Shown here: piece after piece, positions 14,521 through 26,366 of the stretch
Numbering within the stretch: position 1 is the stretch's first letter
Layout: each line of letters starts with the position of its first letter
Source: Octopus vulgaris
Lineage: Eukaryota
NCBI GenBank assembly: GCA_951406725.2
Contig: OX597822.1
Span: 26,784,001-26,848,000, forward strand
DNA: 64,000 bases
Reading direction: 5' to 3'
The notes under the pieces: generated by a model
Databases searched by the model: none
The model's input: only the letters and a program-made list of their open reading frames with translations
What the model was told of the DNA's origin: nothing
Program-made: the position numbers and the translations under genes

Positions 14521-14866
14521 GGTAAAGGTAAGGACCCCCTTTGGTCATGAATGACCATGGGATTGCATCTAGAAAGTTCTCCTCCAAGGCACAAGTCCAG
14601 GCAAGGTTGTTTATGGAAGGCCAACAGTTGCCCATGCATACCAGCATCCCCTCTCCATGCCACCGATGTTATCCAAGGGAAAGGCAAAGGGTGATACAGC
14701 TTGGCACCAGTGACATCGCAACTCATTTCTACAACTGAGTGAACTTAAGCAATGTGAAATAAAGTGTCTTGCTCAAGAAAACAACACTCAACCCAGTCTG
14801 GGAATCAAACTCACTACCTCATGATTTTGAGCCAAACACTCTAACCACTGAACCATGCACCTTCAC
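14521..14866 (-). mobile_element. SINE family A
   Basis: Reverse-complement homologue of 61591-61907. Confidence 0.8.
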
Positions 14867-15393
14867 TACACTATAGTAGTAACATCATTGCATAACATGT
14901 ATGTAATTTATTAAAATTATTGAAGACGGTCCACTACGAACAAGTTTAGGGATCAACTGTGTTTCAGGTGGTGCTCCCTTTTATCTTTAGTTTGTTTCAG
15001 TCACGGGATGGTAGCCATGTTTTGAACTTTCTCTTAAAAGGTTTTGTTGAACAAATCAACTGCAGTATTTTCTTTTTTATTCTTTAACCCTTTAGCTTTC
15101 AGTTTACTCTTGTCAAATATTATATTTATTTATTTATTTACATTGTTTTGAATTAATCATGTGTTATCTTGTAGCCTCAAGATTTCGATGATGCGATTGT
15201 TTATGTTTTGAGTGACATTCTAGGGTATGTGTGAGAGGCTGGATTTTACCAGTTTGAATATAGAACAGATAGAATATTTGGGGTGGATATGGCTGGTTTA
15301 AATGCTAGAGGGTTAAGCTTGGCACTTATTCTATTGGTTCCTATTGTCAAGACACTAAGTTACGTCAAGCGGTGCTGGGGAACAAACAACACC

Positions 15394-15430
<37 letters not shown>

Positions 15431-16341
15431 ACACTCACACACACACAAATATATATAATTGTTTTTTTTTTTTCAGTTTCTGCTTACCAAATCCACTCAC
15501 AAGGTTTTGATTGGCTCTGGGCAAAGGAGAAGACACTTGCCCAAGGTACCGTGCAGTGGGACTAAATCTAAGGCCACGTGGTTGAGAGGCAAGATTCTTA
15601 GTCACACAATCACACCTGTGCATATGAAGCTACACCTGCATTAGCAAATTAAATTCAGGTTGCATGCTCTTTTTTTGTGTGTGTGTGTATTCTGATGGAT
15701 TCATTCATGTATTCAAGTTTTATAGTTGTAAATGTTTGTCTATCAAATTTTAAGCTATGCAGGATATATTTACATTCATGAAATTAGTAGTGATGCAGAA
15801 CTGGCCCAGAGTTATATTGTTGAAAACATCTCTCCAAAGTGTTGTGCTATGAAATTGAACTCAAAACCACATGCAAAATGCACCTTTTAACTCACAGCAC
15901 AGCTACAACTGTGCTTATTTATTAATCACTTGCCATTTATATTTTGAAAGATATATATATATATATATATATATATAGGTTATAAAATGAGATAGGGGTT
16001 GAAAATTCAACCCACCATGGGATAATATATATCCAATATACTGCCAGATAGGTACCCAACAAGATTAATACATAGATGTTAAAAATTGTCAAACAATCAG
16101 TTCATCTATTGTATTATATGGGTAAAGGTAATAATATTACCGTAAATTAATACTACAAAATTAGAGAATGGAGAAACATACTTAAATCAATAAAACATCA
16201 ACTATCCGATGATACCCAATCAATACTTTAATACACCATTACATATGAGTAAAGGCATTATACAAAATGAGATATACAGTAATAGTAAAAAGATAAAGAG
16301 ATATAAGTAAAAAATTTCAAATATAATATGCAATTAAATCA

Positions 16342-16457
16342 TAACTGACAGCTGTTTCGGCAGTGAGGGCAGTCATACCTCATTTAACCTATAAGCCATA
16401 AAGGCAGGTATAAATGAGGCATTAACAAGGATGCCCCACGGCCTCTTCAGAGAATTA
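16342..16457 (-). ncRNA. Identical hammerhead copy in the left inverted arm
   Basis: Reverse complement of 17062-17177. Confidence 0.75.
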
Positions 16458-16795
16458 AATTAAATTTGTTATAATTGTGAAAAATATTATATAACCATAT
16501 ACATATAAATATAAAAATATAAAAATGTAAAATATAAAAACTTATACATCATAATGCTACACTTATATAATATAATACTCATTGGTACAATAAAGGAAGG
16601 TAAACAGAACAAAATAAAACAAAATATATATCAGTGTATATATTAATATTAATAAGTACCGATATTATACATATTTGGCTAATAGTTTTTTAAATAAAAA
16701 AACTAACACATAGGGAGATGAAAAATAATAATTAAAACCATGGTTCAGTTCATAAAATTCTAAAGCTATAAAAGTTAATAAAAATTACTATTAAT

Positions 16796-16832
<37 letters not shown>

Positions 16833-17061
16833 GATACAGTTAAGTTTGCACCAAGTCCATCCTTTCAAGATCGAAATAACTACACTGATATATATTTTGT
16901 TTTATTTTGTTCTGTTTACCTTCCTTTATTGTACCAATGAGTATTATATTATATAAGTGTAGCATTATGATGTATAAGTTTTTATATTTTACATTTTTAT
17001 ATTTTTATATTTATATGTATATGGTTATATAATATTTTTCACAATTATAACAAATTTAATT

Positions 17062-17177
17062 TAATTCTCTGAAGAGGCCGTGGGGCATCCTTGTTAATGC
17101 CTCATTTATACCTGCCTTTATGGCTTATAGGTTAAATGAGGTATGACTGCCCTCACTGCCGAAACAGCTGTCAGTTA
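17062..17177 (+). ncRNA. Type I hammerhead ribozyme with 85-nt extended stem II
   Basis: CTGAAGA (17069-75), stem II ggc-cgtggggca...tgccctcac-t-gcc (17076-17160), GAAA (17161-64), palindromic stem III aCAGCTGt, GTC triplet ending 17172, short bulged stem I. Confidence 0.75.
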
Positions 17178-17423
17178 TGATTTAATTGCATATTATATTT
17201 GAAATTTTTTACTTATATCTCTTTATCTTTTTACTATTACTGTATATCTCATTTTGTATAATGCCTTTACTCATATGTAATGGTGTATTAAAGTATTGAT
17301 TGGGTATCATCGGATAGTTGATGTTTTATTGATTTAAGTATGTTTCTCCATTCTCTAATTTTGTATTATATATGTATATATATATATATATATATAATTA
17401 TGTTATTAGTATGTATATACATA

Positions 17424-18145
17424 TCATCATCATCATCCGTTTTCCATGCTGGCTTTGGTTGGACAGTTTGACTGAGATCTGCACCAAGCTCCAATCTGGT
17501 CTGACAGAGTTTCTACAGCTGGATGCCCTTCCAAATGCCAACCACACTGAGAGTGTAGTGGGTGCTTTTTATGTGCCACCAGCACAGGAGCCAGTAAAGC
17601 GAGCCTGGTGACAATCACATTCGGATGGTGCTTTTTACATGTCACTGGCACAAGAGCCAGTCAATGGGTACTGGCATCTGTCACAGTCGGTTGGTGCTTT
17701 TTACATGCCACCAGCACCGGAGCCAGTAAGGCAAGCCTGGCAATGAACACGTTCAGATGGTGCTTTTTATGTACCTATTTCTTTACTACCCACAAGGGGC
17801 TAAACATAGAGGGGACAAACAAGGACAGACAAACGGATTAAGTCGATTATATCGACCCCAGTGCATAACTGGTACTTACTTAATCGACCCCGAAAGGATG
17901 AAAGACAAAGTCGACCTCAGCGGAATTTGAACTCAGAACGTAGCGGCAGACGAAATACGGCTACGCATTTCGCCCGGCATGCTAACGTTTCCGCCAGCTC
18001 ACCGCCTATGTACCACCAGCACAAGTGCAGTCAAGTGGACCTGGCATCGACCACGCTCAGATAGTACTTTATACGTGCCATCTGCATGAGAGCCAGCCAG
18101 GGGGCACCCACCCCAGCTACAATATTGATTCTACTTGACTCAACA
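17424..18145 (-). mobile_element. RTE 3'-UTR-derived repeat interrupted by a SINE
   Basis: (atc)n tail and ggatgcccttcc..gtgtagtgggtgctttttatgtgccacc units, split at a tatgtacc duplication. Confidence 0.7.
17776..18006 (-). mobile_element. Young SINE (family C; Nin/Deu-like central domain) with 8-bp TSD
   Basis: Minus strand reads ggcggtgagctggcggaaacgttagc...gagttcaaattcc...gtcgactttgtctttcatcctttcggggtcgatt. TSD tatgtacc at 17768-75 and 18007-14. CpG-rich. Confidence 0.8.
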
Positions 18146-18621
18146 TATATATATATGCTAATAACATAATTATATGTTTTTCATAAATATACTAATATAC
18201 ATATAAGTTCACAAGTATCTACTAACTGATGTATGTATGGTCGCTTTTGTAGGTGTATGAGTGTAATGGATGATATTAGTACTAAATCATTCATTTATTC
18301 ATTTATTAATGTGATTAAAGCCTTGTTAATGAGGCAGAGGTGTGGTGAGTTACTGGTGAGAAGCCAATTATTTATTATGATGGTGCAAAAGGTTTTCCCT
18401 GATGAAAAAACTGCTATGGCAGTCAATAATAGGTGCTGTATGCATATATATTTAATAGACTGTAATCATAACAATAATGTTCATGGGCAGGTTGAGTTTA
18501 ATTGGTGTGTACCTTTCAAGTCAAAGGTGACCTTTCAGGGCAATGTGCATATCTCCTTTGTCCAGTCAAAACCAAACCAATGATATATATATATATGTAT
18601 TCAAGTATCTATATATATGTA

Positions 18622-18659
18622 CTGTCCGATGAATGGGAACGTGAAACTCTGAGTAACAG
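18622..18659 (+). ncRNA. Minimal hammerhead-like motif (core variant)
   Basis: ctgt CCGATGA atg ggaa cgt GAAA ctc t gag TA acag. Stems I, II and III all pair. Lies in a short element between (TA)n tracts. Confidence 0.55.
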
Positions 18660-18820
18660 ATTTTGATATATTTCTGCTGGTTTTAAATAAAGCATATTAC
18701 TCTACCCCTGGTATTTGAGTACTCTTTTTTCTACCTTGTTTCACATTTATGTGCTTACTCTGATATATATATATACTGTTGTGTCTGGGGAGAGTAATTT
18801 TTTTTGTGACTTATAATTTA

Positions 18821-18989
18821 ACACATTCACCTGTAAAATTTCCACTTATTTTTAATTTTTATTTTCCTAAAATTTTTGCTGCGTCTTGCAACCTTTTCAA
18901 TAGTCTTGACTCTCTATTGAAAAGGTTGCAAGACACAACGAAAATTTTAGGAAAATAAGAAATAAAGTGGAAATTTTACTGGTGAGTGT
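18821..18989. repeat. Fold-back inverted repeat (about 80-bp arms, 10-nt loop), PLE-end-like
   Basis: ...gtcttgcaaccttttcaatag / ctattgaaaaggttgcaagac..., containing the hammerhead-like ttgaaaa g gttg caagaca caac GAAA. Confidence 0.6.
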
Positions 18990-20270
18990 GGAGAAGGGAG
19001 ACTTGTATGCATGATGACTGCCAGTCTTCCATAAACAACCTTGCCCAGACTTGTGCCTCAGATGGGAACGTTCTAGGTGCAATTCTATGGTCATTTATGA
19101 CTGAAGCGGGTGCTTACCCTTTACCATTTAAATGATACCACTCCACTCACTAGGTAGGTTGGCCAACATTTTCTCTGAATAGGATACCAATCTGTCACAG
19201 GGTTACTCATCTACAGCAGAGTGGACTGGAGCAATGTAAAAATTAAGTGTTTTGCTCCAGTCTGGCAATCAAAACCATGATCTTTTGATCAGGTGTGTAA
19301 CACTCTACTGGCACTCTGTTGGTTATGATGACAAGGGTTCCAGGTGATCTGATCATCAGAACAGCCTGTTCATGAAATTAATGTGCAAGCGGCTAAGGAC
19401 TCCACAGACATGTATGCTGAATGTAGTTTTTGGAGAAATTCAGTGAGACACAGAATGTGACAAGGCTAGCCCTTTGAAATGAGATAGAACTCATTTTTGC
19501 CAGCTGAATGCACTGGAGCAACAAGAAATAAAATGTCTTGCTTGAGGACTCAACGTGCCATCAAGAATTGAACTCATAAACTTATAATCATAAGTAGAAT
19601 AGCCTACCATTAAGCCATGTACATTCACAAGTGCAACACTCTAACTACTTGGCCATGTACCTTATATTATATATGTATATGCACACACACACACACGTTG
19701 TGTATAACAATGCCGATAGTGTGTAGCAGCAATGCTTGGCTGGTTGATTGGTTGGTAATGTTATCTAGCCCCAGATCTAACAAACCATCCCTTTTATACA
19801 TGTAGGGGACCTCAATCCACATTATCAAGTGTACCCTTTTTTTATATGTAAGATGTGATTTAAGGGATGAGGAGGATTTGGCTACCATTTCAAGCAGGCC
19901 ACATGACCACCCAGAGGTTCCCTGTAAACTTGTGCTTGTATGTGTCTGCGTGTGACTTATGTATGTGTAAGCAGCAATGAATGAAAGTAGGGACTTTGTA
20001 AGTTTAATTTGCTGCTCTGGCTGACAAATGGTGGATACAAGTTGTTTATTAGTATGTATTTATGTCTTTAATTGATGTAATCTTGATCAACAATCTGAAG
20101 TAGGTAAAATATACTGTCTACAATCTGCTCATGCATTAAATAGTTTATTTTTAACATAATTTCTCTATTAGCAGAGTCTTATGTTTGTAATATTTGCATA
20201 TGTGGGTGTGTGTAGGAGTGTGTGTGGGTGTGTGTATTTATATGTGTAGGTGTGTGTAAATATATGTATG

Positions 20271-20997
20271 TCTTTTCTTTTATTTGTTTCAGTTATTTGA
20301 CTGCAGCCATGCTGGGGCACTGCCTTTAGCTGAGCAAATCGACTCCAGGACTTATTTTTTTGTATGCCTAGTACTTATTCTATCGGTCTCTTTTGCTGAA
20401 CTTCTAAGTTTCAGGGACATAAAGATTCCAACAGCGGTTGTCAAGCAATGGTGGGGAGACAAACACAGCCACAAACATATACATACATATATATATACAC
20501 AATAGGCTTTTAGTTTCTGTCTACCAAATCCATTCACTAGGCTTTGGTCGGTAGAAGACATTTGCCAAAGGTGCCATGCAGTGGGACTGAACCCAGAGCC
20601 ATGTGGTTGGTTGGTCCTGATATATATATACTTTTATTCTTTTACTTGTTTCAGTCATTTGACTGCGGCCATGATGGAGCACCGCCTTGAGGGGCTTTAG
20701 TAAAATAAATCAATCCCAGCACTTGTTTCTTTATTTTAACCCTAGTACTTATTCTTTTGGTCTCTTTTACTGAACTTCTGATTTACAGGAACTTAAACAC
20801 GCCAACACAGGTCATTGTCAAGCGGTGATGAAGGGACACACACACACATATGTGTATATATATATATGATGGGCTTCTTTCAGTTTCTGTCTACCAAATT
20901 CACTCACAAGACTTTGGCTGGCCTGAGGCTATAGTAGAAGACATTGCCCAAGATGTCATGCAGTGGGATGGAACCTGGAACCATGTGGTAGGGAAGT
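20271..20997 (-). mobile_element. Two tandem SINE family B copies
   Basis: About 20271-20612 and 20631-20997 are each reverse complements of family B. Confidence 0.75.
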
Positions 20998-20998
20998 A

Positions 20999-21051
<53 letters not shown>

Positions 21052-21086
21052 CACACACATATATATTTATACACACACACACATAT

Positions 21087-21131
<45 letters not shown>

Positions 21132-21728
21132 CATACACTCACACACACATACATATACATACACATGCATACACACATGCGTGTGCGTGTATGCTTGTGT
21201 GCGTGCATGCGTATATGTATAATTGAAGTACTTTTTATAAGTGTAAAAACTGTGAACATCAACTGATGAAAAGATTCACTATAAATATGAAGTCTACTAT
21301 AAAAAAAAACAAAAAAACTTTAAGTAATTTTATTGACAATGCCAGTAATTGGCCATGACAGAGAGTGTCACTTGGAAATCATTGTCAATAAATTCAGCTT
21401 TTCTAAATGCGTGTGTGTATGAGTGTGTATGTGTGTATGTATGTATGTATGCCCCAGCATTTATGTCTATGAAGAAGCACATGGCCTAGTTGTTAGTGTT
21501 GCATTCATAATTGTCAGACTTCATATTTCATGTTGCTCCAGTCCAAAACAAGTAAAAAAAAAAACTATAAATAAAAAAGTAAAAAAAAAAAGTATAAATA
21601 AAAAAGTAAAAAAAAAAAAAACTAGTAATCTTGAGATGGACAATGTCTCATTCAAGGGAGAAATATATACACACTACAGAATCTGAGAAACTGCCTATGG
21701 CTTGGGACAGACCTTTGACTTTTTCTTT

Positions 21729-21780
<52 letters not shown>

Positions 21781-21850
21781 GAGACTGAAAAAGAGTAACA
21801 TTATACTTATATAATGTCAAAAAGTATCTGACCTTGTACCAGGTTCCCAA

Positions 21851-22640
21851 TCTGATCTGGCAATGTTTCAACTGCTGGATGCCCTTCCTAACGCGAACCA
21901 CTCCGAGAGTGTAGTGGGTGCTTTTTATGTGCCAGTCAGGTGGTACTGGCATCGGCCACATTTGAATGGTACTTTTTATGTGCCACCAGCACAGGTGCTA
22001 AACAGGCAGTACTGTCATCGGCCGTGATGACTTCTTCACTTGCCTCAACAGGTCTTTGCAAGTGCAGTTTATTGCCCAATGATTGAAGGGTACTCTTAAT
22101 TGGGCCGGTTATGCTGCACTGGCATTGGCCATGGTTATGGCCTCACTTGTCTTGCTTGATTTTCTCAAGCACAGCATATCTCCAAAGGTCTCAGTCACTT
22201 GACATTGCCTCGGTGAGGCCCAACGTTTGAAGATCGTGCTTCAACATCTCATTCTGGGTCTACCTGAGTCTACGTCTTTCACAGGTTCCTTTTACTGCTA
22301 GGGTGTGACACATTTTCACACAGCTGTCCTCATCCATATGCAACACATAACCATACTAGCATAGTCATCTCTCTTGCACACCACATCTGATGCTTCTTAT
22401 GTCTAACTTTTCTCTCAGGGCGCTTACACTCTGTCATGTATACACACTGACATTACATATCCAGCAGATCAAACTAACTTTATTCCTTACAAGCTTATGC
22501 ATGTCCTCAGCAGTCATGGCCTAAGTTTCAATGTGATGTAGCATGGCTGTTCGCACACATGCATCATACAGTCTACCTTTTACTCTGAATGAGAAACCCT
22601 TTGTCACCAGCAGAGGTAGGAGCTCCCTGAACTTTGCCCA
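21851..22640 (-). mobile_element. RTE LINE 3' fragment (ORF end plus 3' UTR)
   Basis: WAKFRELLPLLVTKGFSFRVKGRLYDACVRTAML...LREKLDIRSIRCGVQER...DLQTLGLTEAM, followed by the same UTR seen in the short ggcacgtaaaaagcacc repeats. Confidence 0.85.
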
Positions 22641-24970
22641 GGAGCAGAGGTAGTAGTTCTCTGAACTTTGATCGATTCCATCATTTTTGCCAGCTGGGTG
22701 AACTGGAGCAACATGAACTAAAGTGTCTTGCTCAAAGACACAACATGCCTAGGACTATAGTAGAAGACACTTGCCCAAAGTGCCACACTGTGTGACTAAG
22801 TCTGAAACTATGAGGTTAGAAAACAGACTTTTTGCCACATAGTCATGTCTGCGAGTAAGCTAAAAACTCTAATTTACATTTACCTCACTGCTGAACTTAC
22901 TTTCAATCTAGATGAGGTTAAGTAATGCAGGTAATCTCAACAGGTTTTAATAAAATTGTGATGCAAACTGTGAACTTCACAACTAGTTGTCTGGTATGAT
23001 ATGGCTATCCATGGTGTTGTTGATGGTTGGCTGGTTGTACTGATGATTAAACAAATTATGTTTGTTGTTGTTGCTGTAGTTTACTTGTCCTAAGTCAGCA
23101 CTGACCAAACACATCTAGGTTCAAAACATTCTAGTGATGGCCATCATGTCTTATTCCAGACAATGTATCCAAGACTGTTCTTCATTCTTTAACATAGTAA
23201 GGTGTATTTCGAGTGGAATTTGGTTACTATTTCCAGCAGGTCAAACAATCTTGTAGAGGCTGGCTGATGTACAGTATAATTTCCTTGATTTTGTAATTTG
23301 TTATTACAAATTTTGACATTTGGGTTAAAAAGAAAAAGAAAAAATTCAATAGAAAGAATTTTCTAAAATTTTTTAGTTTGGAAACTAATCAGGTGAAAAT
23401 AAGTTAGAAATAATTTTTCCCTGACAATTTAATGGAATAGTTTACAAGTATTTAAATGCTCAAAAAATAGTAATATTTTTACTTTATGACATCTGTGGTT
23501 TCTTCATAATTCTTTCACTATATGAATCGAAATTCTATCTATTTATATATATATATATGTCAAATGAATATCTCTGACTATATTAATTTCAGTAATCATC
23601 TGATGTTGTAACCTTATCATTATCTTGAATTTAATTAACAATCCACCAACTGATATGTCTGACTTAGTGCATTTTGATTTGTTTTGATGTTGAATACTTT
23701 TTGTTCAATGTCATACAAAATTAGCTGTATGTTATTAAAATATCAATTTCCTGCTAGTATAAAACTGATGAAAGCTTTGTACCAATACTAATAAAATCTT
23801 TCAGTTATAATGCAAGTTGTCCTCAGTGGAGGATTAAAATATCTTGCTGTGTATGTTGGTCTTTGGTTTCCTTCATGAAGAACAAAAAGCTCAGGTGTTA
23901 GCTACAGCCATTTAGCAAACCCTAGTGGTCTTACAAAGACCATTTATCAAAGAACTGTACTAGGAGAAAGGAGAGTGGACGGAAAGAAAAGATAAGTGGT
24001 GAACATTAAGAGATAACACAGGCAGATCATTGCAGCGATATGAGATTTGGCATACAGTTACACAGACTGTGCGGGCTGGCATATATACGCCATGTATATA
24101 TATATTTATATATATATATATATATATATATGTGATGCTCATATGGTTTCATCAGTGGTTGAGAGCTCAAGTTGACATGGATTTATGATATTTATTTTTC
24201 TGTTACAATAAGCAATCATGAGAAGTTCAGTTTCTTTCCCTCTTGTTGTAAGCATACATTTTTTTTTACTCCGTCATCTCAGCAACTGCCTTACAAAATC
24301 AGTAGGCTGCTGCAACTAGCCAATGATTTCACATATAATTTTGTGTGTGTGTGTGTGTGTGTGTACGTGCACATGTTTGTTATGTGCACAGACATAGCTG
24401 TGTGGTTCAGGAACTTGCTTCTTAACCATGTTATTTTGGGCTCATTTCCATCATGTAGAACTTTAGGTAGGTGTCTTCTACTGTAGCTCCATGCTGACCA
24501 AAGCCTTGTGAATGGATTTGAATGATGAAAGGACCCCATCGCGCACGTGTGTGTGTCCCTCTATTGACATCATATGATGGCCACTGTTATACAAGTGTTG
24601 TTGTTCATTTTTAACCTTCCCTGAAAAGCAAGTTTAGCTATGCGGACATATTACCTAGCTTGGAAAATAGTGAGGGTTGGTGACTGGAAGAGTATCCAGT
24701 CATAGAAAATCAGTATCTGAACCTCATAATCATGGAAAACTTGACATTAAAATGAAGATGATGATATTGATATCATATATTTATATATTTGGAGATGCTC
24801 TGTATTAATAAAAAGTAAATATATTTAAATATGCTTCAGTTATATTCATTTGATTTCTATTAAATTTTTATTAATTCTTATTAAACTTTTGAATACTGTG
24901 TATGGTGCTGATCTGACAAAATAGGTTGGGTAACAGATTAAATTCTGTGTGACATTCAATTACATCCCAG

Positions 24971-25135
24971 TAGGCACAGGAGTTGCTGTGTGGTAAGAAG
25001 CTTGCTTCCCAATCACATAGTTCTGGGTTCAATCCCATTGTGTGGCACCTTGGACAAGTGTCTTCTACTATAGCCTTGGGCTGATCAAAGCTTTGTGAGT
25101 GGATTTGGTAAACGGAAACTGAAATAAACCAATCA
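24971..25135 (+). mobile_element. SINE family B, 5' half (3' half at about 28105-28322, split by the PLE)
   Basis: Runs from the head to ggaaactgaaa.., then (TA)n. The matching tail gtctgtttgtccccc...gactgaaacaagtaaaaga resumes after the PLE. Confidence 0.75.
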
Positions 25136-25139
25136 TATA

Positions 25140-25192
<53 letters not shown>

Positions 25193-25315
25193 ATATATTG
25201 TTATATTTCGGAATGGTCATTTTGCCAGTTTAGCCAATAAAAACACACGCACTATATATTTGGTGTTATTTTGCTTCAGCGTTATTTATTTTTTACATTA
25301 ATCTTAATCTTATTT

Positions 25316-25360
25316 CAGCCAGAGTTCTTTCGTCACACTCCTGTGACTGCATCAGTGGTC
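25316..25360 (-). ncRNA. Minimal type I hammerhead-like motif in the PLE pseudo-LTR (core variant)
   Basis: Minus strand reads gacca CTGATGCA gtcaca ggag tgtgac GAAA gaac TC tggctg. Stem II is perfect and stem I is cca/tgg, but the core deviates from CUGANGA. Confidence 0.6.
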
Positions 25361-25685
25361 CTTTGTTTTCTTCTTTCTTATTTGTGTCTCTCCTTACTAA
25401 CCATCAACCATTTTGTATTTCTATTGTATGTCTTCATTTGTGCATGCTTATATCTCTATGTGCGTCTATGTTTATTTAGTGTGTGTATGTGGGGGGATAC
25501 CTGTAATATTTGTATCTTCTGTTTATATACGTTCATGTAATTTGTATTTTGTTTTTGTTGTTGTTTTTGTTTATTCCTATTTTGTTCATGTGTTTATATC
25601 CACTTATTATCATCATTACATATGCTTGTATGTATGTATGTATGTATAACAACAATACTAGTAATAATAATAATAAATCGAATCG

Positions 25686-25733
<48 letters not shown>

Positions 25734-25809
25734 TTTATTTCTATTTGTTTATTTATCTGTGTATTTATGTTTTCGGGATCCTCTATCGTCTTATGTTGTG
25801 GTGTGTGCT

Positions 25810-26366
25810 AGTGCTCCATTCTAGTTTTCTATTCAGGCTAGGTTTATTTTCAATTATGTGTGTAGCTTCTGTAATTTGTCTGATTGTTGCATCTGTTCAT
25901 GTGTGGACAATATTTTAATTTCTATATTGTTGATTGATCCCCCGTGTTCCTGTTCAGCGTGTTGGTACAGAATCAATGAGCTTTTACCTTCCTTGAGTTG
26001 TCTCCAATGCCCATTTACCTGCTCTCCTATGCTTCTTTCCATTTCCCCTACGTATGTCGTTGTCTTGTTACTGCATCGTCCCTCTATACATCTTATACTA
26101 TAGACTACATTTCTGGCTTTACAGTTTGTTTGTGGGCTAAATCTACATACAGTACAGTACTTATCCGTACAGGGGTTCTACTAAAAGGATAGGTTCTACC
26201 AATTATAGATTTGATAGGGTTGTTCCTGGCTTTTAAACAACCTTAATTCTTAGCTTAAGTTTGTCTAGGGTCCTTCTAAAGCGGTACGCCAGTTCACCTC
26301 CAGGGGTGGTGTCAACGAACATGACACTTTGGTATTTGTGGTTATCATACCAAGAGTTGGCCTTCC
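25810..26366 (-). pseudogene. PLE linker, Cys motif and GIY-YIG endonuclease (frameshifted, with stops)
   Basis: Manual translation across frameshifts gives WYDNHKYQSVMFVDTTPGGELA...IKVV*KPG, CTDKYCTVC, NCKARNVVYSIRC...TTYVGEMERSIGEQVNGH...YQHAEQEH and RQITEATHIIENKPSLNRK.EW. Confidence 0.85.

Larger units (their letters stand above)
15978..17365. mobile_element. Non-coding PLE-derived element with 485-bp inverted arms, inserted in (TA)n
   Basis: 16154-16638 is the reverse complement of 16881-17365 (no mismatch seen by eye), with a 242-bp spacer. (TA)n lies at about 15951-15977 and 17366-17396. Each arm carries a hammerhead. Confidence 0.8.

Noticed and set aside
21551-21622. Lysine-rich repeat (KKKTINKKV) in ORF 21423-21686
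   Set aside because: A-rich tandem slippage of about 27 bp inside a decayed SINE; not coding.
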